Shown: positions 22,401 to 36,207, counted from the whole stretch's first letter. The stretch is 62,707 bases of DNA, filler included, from Collodictyon triciliatum (GCA_043381765.1; 7 parts of 7 records of this genome joined end to end with filler, not necessarily neighbours in it); one strand, 5' to 3'. Program-made: numbers and translations. The notes: generated by a model from the letters alone, not told the origin.

Positions 22401-23999
22401 TGATGAACACAGCCTTGCAGTCTTTCGGCAAATTTGTACCTATGGAGGTAGTCAAGAGAATAATGAATAATTCTGCTTTTGCCCATGGACTTTATGTTGA
22501 GCGCAAGATGTTGACTCTGATGTTTTCTGGTACGTGCTCAGTGCTGTTAAAATCATTAATCAAAACTTTAGTGGCGTAAGAATTGATTTTTCATCGAGAT
22601 AGCGAAAAATCGTTTCAACAGACATAACAAATCTAGCTCAAGTATCCGATTGCATGAAAATGACACATCTTTCATATAAATTAATTTAATAATACTGTAT
22701 TGATGTTGAAATAATTTTTTTATAGATTTGAAAGGCTTTACATCGCTTGCAGAGTCTTTGCCAATGGACACTCTATTGATTCTTCTTTCAGATTATCTAG
22801 AAATGATGACGTCTATGGTATCACTTTCTGAAGGAGTTATATGTGATTTTATCGGAGATGGAATAATGGTTTATTTGTATTTTTATAAACTGTATCATTA
22901 TAATTATGAAATGTACGTACTGAAATGAAAAATTTTGCAAGCACCGCCACGCTGTATGATTCTATTTAAGTTTCACCTAAAATATTCATTACTGCAGTCA
23001 TTCTGGAACTCGCCAATACCAGTAGCTTTTCACGAGGCTTCTGCAATCAAAACAGCTTTACTGCAATCGGTTTGTCACAAAAATGTTATTTCTACTTTAC
23101 AATTACATCAATCTGTAGCATTAAATTTTTGTCATTATGATTTATTGTTTGGATTTATACAATTATGTGGCATGTGTTGTAAAAAGTCCGATAAAAAAGG
23201 AGGTCAGAATAATTTCTTAACCAGGAAGCACTGAAAAATCTGAATGGAAAATGGATTTCAAATGGATACATCAGCGAGGGCCTTGAAATGAGGATTGGGA
23301 TTCACACAGGCGAGGTGCTTGTCGGAAACATCGGTTCGACAAATCGAATGAAGTATGGAGCAGTGGGCGATGCCGTCAATATTGCATCTAGGTTTGTAGA
23401 ATGTGTAATGTGCTCTATGATATATTATTAGGGTGACATAGGTAAATTTTTGCATTATTTCGATTGTTACAGATAATTCTTATAGAATTATTTTTTCCCT
23501 ATTAACAACATGTTCAAAGGCTGGAGGGTCTCAACAAACGGTATTGCACTGAGATTCTCATCAGTGAGGTGACTTACGAGCGAGTTAAGGAGCTTTTCAT
23601 GTGCAGACCATTAGAATCTGTTGTTGTAAAAGGGAGGTGTGACATATCCCACGAAGATAGTTTTTTTTTAAAGATCAACCATTTTTCTTACCATATTTTG
23701 GTGCGGAAATTTAACAGTCTTAATATTTTACATACAGGACAGAATCAATCAAGATTTACGAAGTACTGGGATCTATTGAGGACTTTAAGTCTGAATCCAG
23801 CCGCGCTTTAATTGAGAAAAAGAAAAATGTCCTGGAAATCATCCAAAATCTCCACCTAAAATCTCAAGATATCAAAATGCTTGCCATCGACCAACTCAGA
23901 GATTATGTTTGTCACAACGATGATATCACAGCGTATAAAATATTGGAGATTGTGACGAGCCCTTCCTACAATGGCATATCAATTCTGGACGCAAAATGA
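19422..23999 (+). CDS. Multi-exon membrane class III nucleotidyl cyclase (TM-dCache-TM-HAMP-cyclase), bacterial type
   Basis: TM1 [24 protein letters not shown]; dCache-like [26 protein letters not shown]2 and HAMP-like [13 protein letters not shown]. Cyclase motifs [59 protein letters not shown]. Stop TGA at 23997-23999. Confidence 0.9.
19542..19618 (-). mobile_element. Family B micro retro-insertion (43 nt) with perfect 17-bp TSD in cyclase intron 1
   Basis: ATTTTTGTTTTAATGAT at 19542-19558 and 19602-19618 flank TATTTTTTTATTCTTCCTTTCAACTTTTGTGCAGGACCGAGGG, which matches the 3' end of the LINE remnant at 12617-12652. Confidence 0.8.
21480..21533 (+). mobile_element. Family A micro retro-insertion (24 nt) with 15-bp TSD (14/15), intronic
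   Basis: TTTTACTTAATTTTC + TTTGAATCGAATATAGGCAAAAAA + TTTAACTTAATTTTC. Confidence 0.7.
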
Positions 24000-24349
24000 T
24001 AACCTGGCTACCATAGTTCAATAAAATTGATACTGATTGGGAGCTGATTGTTTGTGCGATTGCAGTAAAATGTTCTGGTTTCGTTCGAATAAACCAGTTT
24101 AATGGATTAAGAACCACATTAAATTGTTTTTTGAGATATCATTATGTGGAGACATTAACATGGTATAATATTTGAATTGGTATTTCTACGTTACTCAGGG
24201 TATGTTTTTAAACTAACCGATGATTTAAGCGAAGCTTCTTGCACAATATAAAAAAATCAAGACGGAGAGTCAGGCATAAATAATAGTGTATCAGAGGCTT
24301 CTCGAGTTTCAGCCAGTTCTAGTTCCAACACTGGTGCAGAAAACCCTGA

Positions 24350-25621
24350 GTTGCATGTAAGTCTAGAAAGACCTGTGAAAGGAAGCCGCCTGCAAGTCTG
24401 TCTGATCGGAGAGTATTTTTGCGTGATGTCGAGCAATTCGCCTACAACAAGAACAAGGCCCGCATACTCACAGATGCGCTCGCCTCCTTCTTGAAAGCGA
24501 ACAAAAATTGGGAAGAGTCCATCCGATTGCGCTTACCGGACAGCGAAGGCCTTTGCCTGATCGCCTTCTGCACTGCAGAAAACACCCGAAAGCTTCTGGA
24601 GCTGAAGCAGGTAAGTTTGAGCGATATTACGATCAGCTTCAGCAGAAGTAAACCAACAGAGACCTCGGCGATGCTCTACCAACTACCGCTGGACGTGTGG
24701 CCGCAACTCCTTCGTGAGGAGCTGAAGCCGTTCAGACCAACCCACCTGGATACATCAAATAGGACAAAGGTTTCTTCACAGACACGGCCGTGGTGAAGCT
24801 CCTTTGCCACAAGAACCAGCTCCCTGCAAAGTTTACGGTCGTGGGTAAAAAGTATCCAAAGCGCATCCTCAAAGAGCGTCCGCCAGCAGCGAACAACGAA
24901 CGACAAGTAAAATCCCCGCAAAAGAATAAACCCGCCAAGCAGACAAGCAGCAACGGATCAAGGAATCCAAGGCCAGGCAATATCAGATTCCGCAAGACTC
25001 ACAGCAGATACGCGTGTACAGCGACAGCGACGATGACATGGAAGGAAATCTCGGTTCCTTTTCAGAATCCTCGCATTCGAGCCCCTCCACCGTCACCAAC
25101 GCCGGACAAGCCCACACATCGCAAGACCCAAGAGCAACGCATCTCCAAACCCCGAAAGAAATCCCCTTAAACTACCCATTCAGACTGACATGAATATGGT
25201 TAACACAGGAGGCATCAAGGCAGTCTTCGTTACTTATCCGAAAGGATACTCCAAAGAGAAGACAACACAAGAACCAGCGCCCACCAAAGATAGTCTGTTT
25301 ACGCTGCCCCAGCCCGTCGCACCGAGAACCAAGGAGCAAGAGCAAACACCACAATTCAAAACCAAGCTTGTAACTTCACACACCAAAGAAAATCTGAGCA
25401 AGCAGGAGCGTATGTTTCTAAAACCACAAACGCGTATCCATACTCCGATTAAGCAAAGTCCACTGTCGGCTACGCATGGTTCCGAAACCAGGGGACGGTC
25501 AAGCGCCACTTCCGATAATTCCAGACAATCAACGATGTATCGCTTTTTATCGGAGTCTCCCAGCAAGAAACGCAAGGAAAGTGACCCGTTGTCCCTTCAA
25601 AAGACTCATCCTGTGGAATGA
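24350..25621 (+). mobile_element. Frameshifted LINE ORF1-like (tandem RRM-like) repeat
   Basis: RRVFLRDV...GLCLIAFCTAENTRKLL (RNP2/RNP1-like) and SAMLYQLPLDVWPQLLREELKPF (LINE ORF1-like), then a low-complexity basic/Ser-rich tail. Intronless, GC-richer, several frameshifts, second copy at 15141-15701. Confidence 0.6.
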
Positions 25622-25821
25622 AATATGATGTTTAACTGTCTGAGATAGATGGTTGGAAAGGACTTGTCAGAATCAATTTTCGAAGTAACTGCCATGTGCG
25701 TACTTTCATCGACCCGACAACTTTATCCGCTCTTCTGTCAGTACCGAAAAAAACAGAAATCTAATGAAAAAATTGGACAGATATATTATATTTTATTGTG
25801 TGCCATCCCTTGCAGGGAGCA

Positions 25822-25894
25822 GCCGAAATAGCTCAGTTGGAAGAGCGTAAGACTGAAGATCTTGATGTCCTTGGTTCGATCCCGAGTTTCGGCA
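25822..25894 (+). tRNA. tRNA-Phe (GAA)
   Basis: GCCGAAA/TTTCGGC acceptor stem, D arm GCTC..GAGC, anticodon loop CTGAAGA, T loop TTCGATC, 73 nt, followed by a T-run. Confidence 0.97.
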
Positions 25895-25898
25895 GGCC

Positions 25899-25909
25899 TT
25901 TCTTTTTTT
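25899..25909 (+). terminator. RNA polymerase III T-run terminator of tRNA-Phe
   Basis: TTTCTTTTTTT just downstream of the tRNA. Confidence 0.7.
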
Positions 25910-26348
25910 CAGTGGGCGCATCTGTAATGTTTTTTGGGCTTTGTGGGATTCGCTCATTGTAATTTTTTTTTTCCATATAGATTGTGTAATCGCAAGGAGT
26001 GGGCTCTGTTTACACCAACAGGAAATCATCCATCAGCTAAAACGAATATGAGAAAAAAAAACAAAAATAAAAAATAAAAAAAGAATCATAGGAAGATAAC
26101 ACATTTTTTGAGAACACACCAACACCCACCCGGCTGACCCACATATTTGAAAAGATGAGCAGCTACATACAAAATCCATTAAAAGCTGTGGCTCTGTTCG
26201 TGCAGTATAACGCGCTTTACTCATGAAACTCAGCATGAAGCTACATCTNNNNNNNNNNNNNNNNNNNNNNNNNNNNNNNNNNNNNNNNNNNNTTAATTAA
26301 TTAANNNNNNNNNNNNNNNNNNNNNNNNNNNNNNNNNNNNNNNNNNNN

Positions 26349-26451
26349 AAACAAACAAACAAACAAACAAACAAACAAACAAACAAACAAACAAACAAAC
26401 AAACAAACAAACAAACAAACAAACAAACAAACAAACAAACAAGCAAACAAA
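26349..26451. repeat. (AAAC)n microsatellite at contig start
   Basis: Tetranucleotide tandem repeat. Confidence 0.95.
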
Positions 26452-26639
26452 TAGGCAAATAGGCAATTCATTAAGGGACAAGCAGTTACACGCAACACTA
26501 ATACCGCCACAAGTTATAAGCTATAATAGGCGGATAAACAGATATACTCAAATCAACCAGAAAGCAGGCTTTGATCTCGATTGAAGATGCCTCCAAAGTT
26601 TGCCGGCAGCATCACAGCCCCAGGAAAGACTCAGGTTCT

Positions 26640-26699
26640 CTTTTTCTTTTTCTTTTTCTTTTTCTTTTTCTTTTTCTTTTTCTTTTTCTTTTTCTTTTC
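26640..26699. repeat. (TTTTTC)n microsatellite
   Basis: Hexanucleotide tandem repeat. Confidence 0.9.
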
Positions 26700-26847
26700 T
26701 ACTGACATCATAGAAATTACCCGAATATCTTGTTATCAACATTTTTATCAACCAACACTGTATTTTCATGCATACAAAGACACCAAAACGCTAGATCTCG
26801 CAGACATGAAACACAAGCAATTCACACACTTTTTTATTTGTTGATAA

Positions 26848-29800
26848 ATGTCTTCGATGAATCTAATTCAATCTGATAAAACAATGGCACAAACAATACG
26901 CAGACCCCTGGACGTTGGTTTCGGGATGAAAAAGAAGGATTTGTTTTGGCAGAGGCAAACCCACGCGAGGCTGGAAAATACATTATCAAGACGAAGACAT
27001 CTGTATCATTTGAACACCTTTTTCTTCACGATTACAGATATTTGAGCATATGGCACATTCTTAGTTGTCATGCGTAACTACAAAAGATCGCATGCCATTC
27101 AATCTTTTTTATTGTTTAACTTTGATACGGTTGTCCTTCTTTATCCCTTTTTCTTTTAATTTCATTGAGCAGCAAAAAGAGGCCAACGGTGAAAGTTGGG
27201 CTGCAAATCCGCCGGACCAAGATGGAGTTCCAGATAATACTCAGTTGATGCATTTACATGAACCGGGGTTGCTCCACAACATAAGGCAGCGATACAGTCT
27301 TGAAAAGATATATGTAAGAAATATCCTGTTGTATATGCTTAGAGGTATCATTTGAAACTGCCTTTGGTTGTTGTTGCTGTTTTTGGTGGTGTTTTTGGTG
27401 GTGGTGGTGTTGTTGTTGCTGTTTTTAATACTTAAATCTCCTTTATTTTCTTGTTAGTCTTACACAGGCTATATTTTAATTGCCGTGAATCCCTACAAAA
27501 GTCTGCCTATATATGACGATGAAACTCTTCAATCTTATCGGGGTAAATCCATCGGTTCTCTGCCTCCACATGTGTTTGCAGTCGCTGACCGAGCGTATCG
27601 CCTCATGAAGACAGGTTTTTATCTTCAAATTATGATGAAGTTTAAAATATAATATTCACCACGGATGATGGCTTACTATTTCAAACATGTAAATAATAGA
27701 CCAGCGAAATCAATCCATTCTCATCAGGTCAGCATTTCAATCAAATCACAACCTAAATCAATGAGATTAGTGAAATTTGTGAATGTGTGTTTGTTGACAT
27801 GAATCCACACATATTTCCATAATTTTACCTAAAATATTAAAATGATTCTTTTCTGTCTTCCTGTCCCATCATAGTGGTGAATCAGGTGCAGGCAAGACAG
27901 AAACAAGCAAAATTGTCATGAAATTCTTGGTGAAGGTATTATTTTTCTTGTTTCTTTACATAATGGGTGCAAATTATAGCGATTTTTTTGAAAATATAAA
28001 TAAATTCAAAGGTTGGTGGTCGCTGTCAAGTCGGAGGTGAAATAGAAGATAAAATTCTTGAGAGCAATCCGATTATGGAGGCTTTTGGAAACGCAAAGAC
28101 AATCAGAAATAATAACTCATCGCGATTTGTATGAACCGTAAATCCTATTTCCTGCTTTTTGAAATAGTATTTTTGGGTGACCGACACTATTCTTTATATT
28201 CAAAAGAATGCATGTATATTTGCCTCTATTTATTCTTTTCATCCCTGTTGATTCGTCATGATATTAACTGTTCGAACAATTTTAATATTACTGCATCTAT
28301 TTAGGGAAAATTTATGGAGATGCAGTTTAACAAAGCCCTTTTTGTGTCAGGCACCCACATAGAAACATGTACACTTTTTCAAAATGAAAGCAACGTAAAC
28401 ATATGACCTCGTAATGTTACACCTCATTAAATCTTATCAACATCTTATTGTTTAATGATTTTTATCTACAAAAAAAAAAAACTCAACAAACCAAATCGTG
28501 TAACGGCAGACTTACTCGAACAGGTTTTTTTGAATAATATTTTGCTTTTATTTTCTATTTTCTCCTTATTTAAACTCTACATACGATATTATCTATAAAA
28601 ATAAAAAAGGCTATCATAAAATTTAACGAGCAATAAATATTAACTGACTCACAGTCTCGCATCGTTCACCAAAGCCTAAATGAAAGAAACTATCACATAT
28701 TCTATCAACTATGCTCTGGAGCAACAGAAAAAGAGAAATGTAAGTCTTTACTAACATCTAACTTTGAAAGTTAATATGATTCATATTTGAATATTCGGCT
28801 CTAATTTAGCACTTACATTTCATAAATCAATCAAAAAATTGATTTTTTTTCTCTTTCCAGTGCTTCTGCACCTTGAATCTGCCGAAAAATATCATTATCT
28901 CCGCCAGGGAAATGCGTGCACTATTGATGGCGTAGATGATGCCCAGGAGTTTCTAGCAGTCAAAGTAAGTATGCTATGAGGTGCTGTTCAATATCTTTCT
29001 GAAACATTAATTCAAAAAAGGTTTTACACCAAAAGGACTATCCGTGTTTTGAACTAATTAAATCTTGCCTTTATAGAAAGCAATGACCAGCTTAGGCTTG
29101 TCGAATGACGTTCAATTCGAAGTCATGAAAATACTCGCAGGCATTTTGAATCTTGGAAATATCGAGTTTTCTTCAGACAGGAATGAACATGCCAGTATCT
29201 CTAACCCTAAAGGTATCACAATTTTCTCAACAATTCTATATGTATTTATTACCATGTCGCATTTTTTTTCTCTCTTGTACGAATGTGCACTTTCATTTTC
29301 TAAGAGTTTCTGGTTAAGTGGTCGATTTTGCGTCGGAATTGCTTGGGCTAAGCGCTTCAAAATTGGTTCAATTTTAATATCCACATTTTAATCGACGTTG
29401 CTAAAATAGCAAAGTAACATCTACACCTTTTACAGACCGACGTTCTGTGCACAAGGTCAATGAAAACCACAAAGGATACGTTCAAAATACCTCTTAAGAA
29501 ACAAGAGGTATTCCACGAAAAATATGCGTGCCATATGAGGCCCTATTTAAACATGAATTTAGTATGAATACAAAGATATTGAATATGTATCAGCCGGTGA
29601 AAAAAAAAAATCGCAATAGGCAGAAGACCAGCGTGATGTCCTATCAAAATCTATTTACAGTCACCTTTTTGATTGGATGGTCATGAAAATCAATCACAGT
29701 CTTGCCAGGTTTATCTAATCAGTATCTTCTATAACATATCAAAGTAGCTTATTCCATAGGAGCATAATCGTTCTTCATAATTTTTACTTTCTTTAGTTTT

Positions 29801-32800
29801 ATCTCCCATGATATAAAACCTTAAAATTCTCTCTATCGAAATAGTGATGAGGATGAATTTGCCCACATTGGAATTCTTGATATATTCGGATTTGAGTGCT
29901 TCCAAGTAAATCCATAATATAATCAGTTTTTACTACCCTTCTGATGTAATCCAACGAACAAGATTCATTTTAATAAAAAAAAAAATTACCAGAAAAACTC
30001 GTTCGAGCAACTCTGCATCAACTTTACAAACGAGACACTTCAACAATACTTTAATGATTGCATTTTCATTCAGGTCATTTTTCCGGTTTTTCTTTTTGTA
30101 AACTTGATTCAAAATTTCGGTTCACTTTATTTTATTAATTTATCAAATCCAATCCTTTGAATTTATTATATAGGAATTAGATTTATATGCTCGCGAAGGA
30201 ATCCGCGCGCCAGATATTGATTTCCAAAGCAATCAAGATACAATTGATCTTATCAATAAAGTAGGGAATATTTGAACAATTTTAACACCTACACTTAAAG
30301 CAAATCCATATAACAATTTCAATTACATAATCCTATCTGTTTATTTTAAAATGTGTACTTTCTTACTTATTTCATTACAGAAACCGACAGGCATATTCTC
30401 AATTTTGGATGAAGAAATGAGACTTCCAAAGGGAAAAGACTCCTCTTTTTCAGAGAGAGGTAACTCTCCTTTATGCAAAAGATTAACGAAATTTACAGTT
30501 ATTAATGAATATATATATATATATTGCATATGTTTTGAGGTTTCTAATAAACCAAACAGTTTACGCCAACAACTTGAAGCACTCTAAGCTGATTAAGCCT
30601 CCAATCAGCTTGAAGACTTCAGAAGCTTTTGTTGTCAACCATTATGCTGGAACTGTGTGGTTTTCGTTGTTTTTAATTTATCTTTAGAAACTCCCTGAAA
30701 TTGTCATGTATGATTAAATTTTTATTTTTCAGTTCTTATTATACAATTAATTTTCTGAGACGGTCGCTGAGTAATTGAATAATTTAATAGGTATGCTATA
30801 CTGTCGGCCAGTTCTTGTTAAAAAATAATGATATCAAACACCCTGACCATATTGTACTTGTAAAGGGATCGACGCTATCCACCCTTTGTGAAATCTACGC
30901 GAAAGAAAAAGTTGATATGGAATTGGGTGATTGTCGTTTAAAAAACTGATACTATTCGCTACGCAATTATTCATCTATTGATGTGTATGATAACGTTTCA
31001 TGAGACTAAAATAATTTCACATCAACCACACTTATTCGTAAAAAGCATCTCAAAACTTCAACAGTGTCAGCCTTGCCTTTTCGGTATTTTATAGGCCATT
31101 TTATCAATTATGTAATATGATGCCCTTCTTTTATAACAATCCTTCAAGAAATAAAAGCGTAAATTATGGGTTTCAGAAATCTTTGGATAAGCTTATGACC
31201 AGCTTGCGGGATACCGACTCTCATTTTATTCGCTGCATAAAGCCCAACAGCCGACAAAGACCGGTCTGATTATAGCTATCTATTTTAATTATTTACCGAT
31301 CTAAAACTTCGCAATTAAAGGGTAATTTTTCTGTCTTGGTTGATGAATGATAGGCTTTGTTCGAGGGAGATTTGGTGTTGAACCAATTACGATGCAATGG
31401 GATGATGGCTGCTCTACAACTAATGCATGCAGGTTACCCTACTCGATGTCCGTATAGCGACTTATATCTCAGGTTTACTCCCTATACTGCGTATTCTAAT
31501 TCCAACTATCGATGCAATTTATTTCAAGTATCTCATCGTCTGCTGGACTCCTTTCTCTCTTTCTCTCTTTCTCTCTTTCTCTCTTTCTCTCTTTCTCTCT
31601 TTCTCTCTTTCTCTCTTTCTCTCTTTCTCTCTTTCTCTCTTTCTCTCTTTCTCTCTTTCTCTCTTTCTCTCTTTCTCTCTTTCTCTCTTTCTCTCTTTCT
31701 CTCTTTCTCTCTTTCTCTCTTTCTCTCTTTCTCTCTTTCTCTCTTTCTACCACTTTTTTTATAAATAGAATGCCATTAATTTCTTCATGCATATATTTTT
31801 TTGAAAAAAAATATTATAGTATTGCTCCAACTTTATCTATGTCGTCGACAAGTTGTCTTCTTTGTGCTGATATGCACTGTCTATAGGTTCCTTCCTATGC
31901 TTCCTGTTGAGCTATCCAGTCTAGACCCAACAAACTTTTGTGAAGCGCTCTTAATTGCGCTTGAAGTAAAAAGGTCTGAATTTGCCTTGGGACTCACAAG
32001 ATTATTCTTCCGTTCTGGACAGGTGAAAACACTCAATTCCATATCTCATAGAAAGGTTGATACTTTTTAGGAGAAAACTCACAATATATGTTTAATATTA
32101 AATTGTAAAGTGTTTAAATATAGCATCCATATATTATCGAAAATGTACTCGAAAATTTACAAATAAAATACTCAATCTCGGAAATCTATGGTTCTTTTCT
32201 GTTCTTTTTTTTTTTCGTATCGTATCAAGCTGGCTTTCCTAGAAAATCTTCGGAGCAGTGGTCAGACTGAGCTTCCAAAAGACATAGTCACTCGTATTAA
32301 AGTATGGCTGGCGAGGAAAAGATTGCGCAAGGCTATATGGAGTGTCCTGGCATTCAAAATATGTATAAATTATTTTTGCTTCCAGTTGCAAATTCTTTTT
32401 TTTTTTAAAAAAAAATAGGGAAATAGAAAAAAAATGCGCTTAACCAAAGCCCATTTTTCTAATATTTTATTGGTGTTATTTTATAATATTAATAGTGGAG
32501 GCGAGATTGAACGCCCTGCGCGCCTTGAAATTCTTTGTTCATATGGTCCACACAACAAGGAAATACATCGTTCCTCTTGTCTTAAAATCTCGAAAGATTC
32601 GACGGGGTCGAGAGGCAGCGGAAAAGATTCAGGCTGTGTATCGTGGGTATAAAGTTTACAGGAAATACAAACCAATTTTAGATGAGAGGCGAGAAAAGAG
32701 GTCAAAGTTGAAAGAAGAGGAGAAAATCAAGGAAAGAGAGAGAATACGCCAACTGCAGGAGCTCGAAAGAAGGCGAAAAGATGATGAAGAACAACGAAAG

Positions 32801-32882
32801 ATTCAAGCCAAAAGAGATGAGGTATCCAATCATATTTTAATTTTCATGGATTGTCTTAGATTATAATTATAACAAATGAATG

Positions 32883-32913
<31 letters not shown>

Positions 32914-35900
32914 CATTTAGGCAGAGAGAATCGAGCGGGAAAAGAAACAACAGCAAGAAATGCTTGAGCAGGCTGTTAGAAGGAAACTCACTGCCGAATA
33001 TGACAACATATTGGAAGAGCGCCAAAGAGAAGTATAAACAAAATTTTGAGATAGTTAACAAAACTGTTCCCTATTCATCAACTGAATCATTCATAATCTG
33101 GCACTATCAAACAGTTCAAATTGAAAGAATCAATGGCACAAGATACCATCCATGAACTCACAACAACCGTACTCTTCATTGATGCCATATGCACCATAAT
33201 ATATCCGCATATTTTGTTTCTATTTTGTTTCTATTTTTACTCAAAATGCGCAGTGGTTAATCGCTATTGTATAATCAACATATCATCAGCTGGAACAACG
33301 GTCTAAAGACGTTGTCTCTTACACTGCAAAACTGGCTGAACTTCAGGAAAAGAATTCCTATTTATTGAAGGAAAGAGAATCTGCAACAAAGAGGGTAAGT
33401 CGAAAAGTGATTTTCACAAATCAATCGTTTATAAATTAAATGGTGTTATTATGATATGGTGCATCTCTCTAAAAGAAAAATAAATAATCTTGTATGAAAT
33501 TTGAGAATCACTTTTGCTGATATTAGATTGAGGAGAATCGTAAGAAAATGGAGTCAGTTGAGATAGCAAGCCGAGAGCAAGTGACCACCCACCGGGAAGC
33601 CATGCAACTGCTAAAATCTAGTCATGAGAACGAGGCATTATCCTAGATATTTAGTTTATACACAATCTAAAGTAATGACTCTCATATAGAAAGTTAAATA
33701 TTTTTCATTTAATTTGCGACAGATTTCTGCATTAAAAAAGAGAATGGCGGATTCATCCGTATGTATAATGTTTAATTTTGTATAACCTTTTGAAAGAGAG
33801 TGTGTACATTAATCGGTGTTACATTTATTTGTACAGAACAATTCAATTTATTTCATTTCAAACTTCTTTACTTACTCTCAGATTATTTGTTTAATCGCTC
33901 CTTAACATGCACTGGTTTAAAGGATAAGAATGAACAAGAAATAGACCGACTGCGGGCTGAGCTCGAGAAGGCAAAAGAACAGATTGTTTTTCTCCAAAGA
34001 AAGGTTACCTTCCAAGCTAATCCCTCAATTGTGAATTTCAACAAAATTTGACGCACATGGTTCTCATGACCTTTTGTTTATAATTCTATTAAAATTGGTA
34101 GGTATCTCAGCTCCAAGATGACCTGGCACAGAAAGACAACGCCTTAAAGACACAGAAACTACATCATGAAGAAGAGTCCGCTAAAGTCGGTGAACTGCTT
34201 CGTCGTCCTCTATTTATTTTTTCTTGAATAAAATACTGAGAAATGATGCGGATGCTTGATTTTTAATTTTGGTATAAATGAGATTTGCTTTCATGAAAAT
34301 AAATGAATCAAAATGCTTTAGTACGATGCATCCCTTTTGAATGTTAAAGCAGAATTGAAGATTTCCACTGAACAGGTAATCGGTGAAAAAAAAAATATAT
34401 ATATGTATGATCACATGTTAAAAAAATCACAACCATCCCCTTATTTCGCTAATTATGTTTGTCCATTAGGTATCCCTCCTTCAAAAATCGCTTGCCGAAA
34501 AGAGTAAACAAGCGACAGAAAAAGGTTTGCACGTAGTACTGCTTACATCCTCGAAAATTTTCCAGTTTGCCATATTATTAGCCATATACAAACACTGTGT
34601 TCAATTGTCTTAGAGACACGGCTAGAGGCTGCTCTAAAGTCTGAGCATGAAGATGCATCCAGATTAAATCAGCTTATCAAAACAAAAGACGAAAAGGTAT
34701 TCCATAAATAAATCAACAAGTAAAGAACTTGAATATGAATTAGCAAGTAAAATCAATCATGTGAGTTACAGGAGAAGAAAACATATCACACGTTTATTCT
34801 GGTAGATAAAGCAAGTTTCTTTGTTGATGAATGAAAAAGAGGATGTTTCAAAAAGGAAGGAGGACAGCCTCAAGCGAGAAATAGATGAGGTAACCATACT
34901 TAAAGGGACGATATCTTGCCTGGAAGTATACAGATGATTCACTGTTCTGGTATTCAATACAATATTTCTTTGATAACATCATAGCTGCAACAAAAACTGA
35001 ATCGTCAAGGAGAAGACCACTTTATGGATATTACTGAGTTGCAATCGAAACTTCAAGAACAAAAGAGTGTGAATTTACATCTTCAAGAAGAATTGGAGCT
35101 TGTTAAATCAGTCAAGCCACTAAGGTTTTGTTTTTATCTTAAATTTGGAAATTATTTCAATATAATGTAGAGTATATAAAAACGAAAGCAATTGTAATAC
35201 TTGATAACTAAAGTTCTTCATATTATTCAATGTGTACGTTCCTCATCAAACTCACGAAAACTCTTCGTATTAGGAGAACTGAAGCGATTCGTTCTGCCCA
35301 ACCAAGGTTTGTTTCTACTGCAGAAGACCAAATGGAAAACAAGAGACAGTCAAAGGTAAGTCTCTTTCTCTGTCTCCACTAACATCACATTTATATTTAA
35401 CCATATCGTCTTAATCATCTCTTGTCAAGGGGCTTGCATCAAACATCGAGTATCATTATTTTTCCTATATTCATTATTTTTTTTTTACCTTATTATTCGG
35501 CCAAGAAAATACAAGAGCTGGAAGCGAAAGTTGCTAATCTGGAGAGGAGCTTGAACGACATGAAAGAGGACAAAGAATTAGTCGAAAAACATGTAACTCT
35601 CGCCATCTAAGGAAAGCAACATAATGATTCATACTTACAAACATATTGTGCGGATGTCTTTGTTCAACTTAAAGGAATTCATTTTGTTTCCAGCTTACTG
35701 GAATCGAAAGAAACTGGAAAGAAGCAGCGGAGGGACGAAGCCAGATTCAAAGCGACCTTGTGTTGATGGAAAAAAGCGTAAGTCTCTTGCTTTCTTTTTT
35801 TAAGAAAAAAAAACGAGCGAATAAGTTTATTTCATGATGTTACTTTGTAGAACACAATTTTATCAGGACGTATATTCCTAATGCAGCTCTAGAATTGCTG

Positions 35901-36128
35901 TCTTTCAATCGATTCGAATCATGTTGATGGAATCCATATAACTTGTTAAAAACCCTAACGACAGAAAGCCGAGGTCCTTGACTCTGTGACTGATGAAAAC
36001 TTCAAGCTGCAACAGCTGGTTGAAGACCTTCAATCTCTGAAAAACGAAGGTGAGGATGATTGGTTTTGTTTCCTATGGCTTTTTAGAATCTCTCATCGAC
36101 CTTTTTTCCTTTTTTTTTCCTTTTTTTT

Positions 36129-36207
<79 letters not shown>

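Noticed and set aside
22347-25670. Short similarity GTTGGAAA(A)GGACT(T)GTC at about 22348 and 25652
   Set aside because: Too short and gapped, with no TSD or tail, to support a repeat call.
31357-31886. ORFs with SLSLFLSF or ERKRERE repeats; similar poly-F/poly-K/CLFV/IHTY ORFs elsewhere
   Set aside because: Translations of microsatellites and homopolymers.
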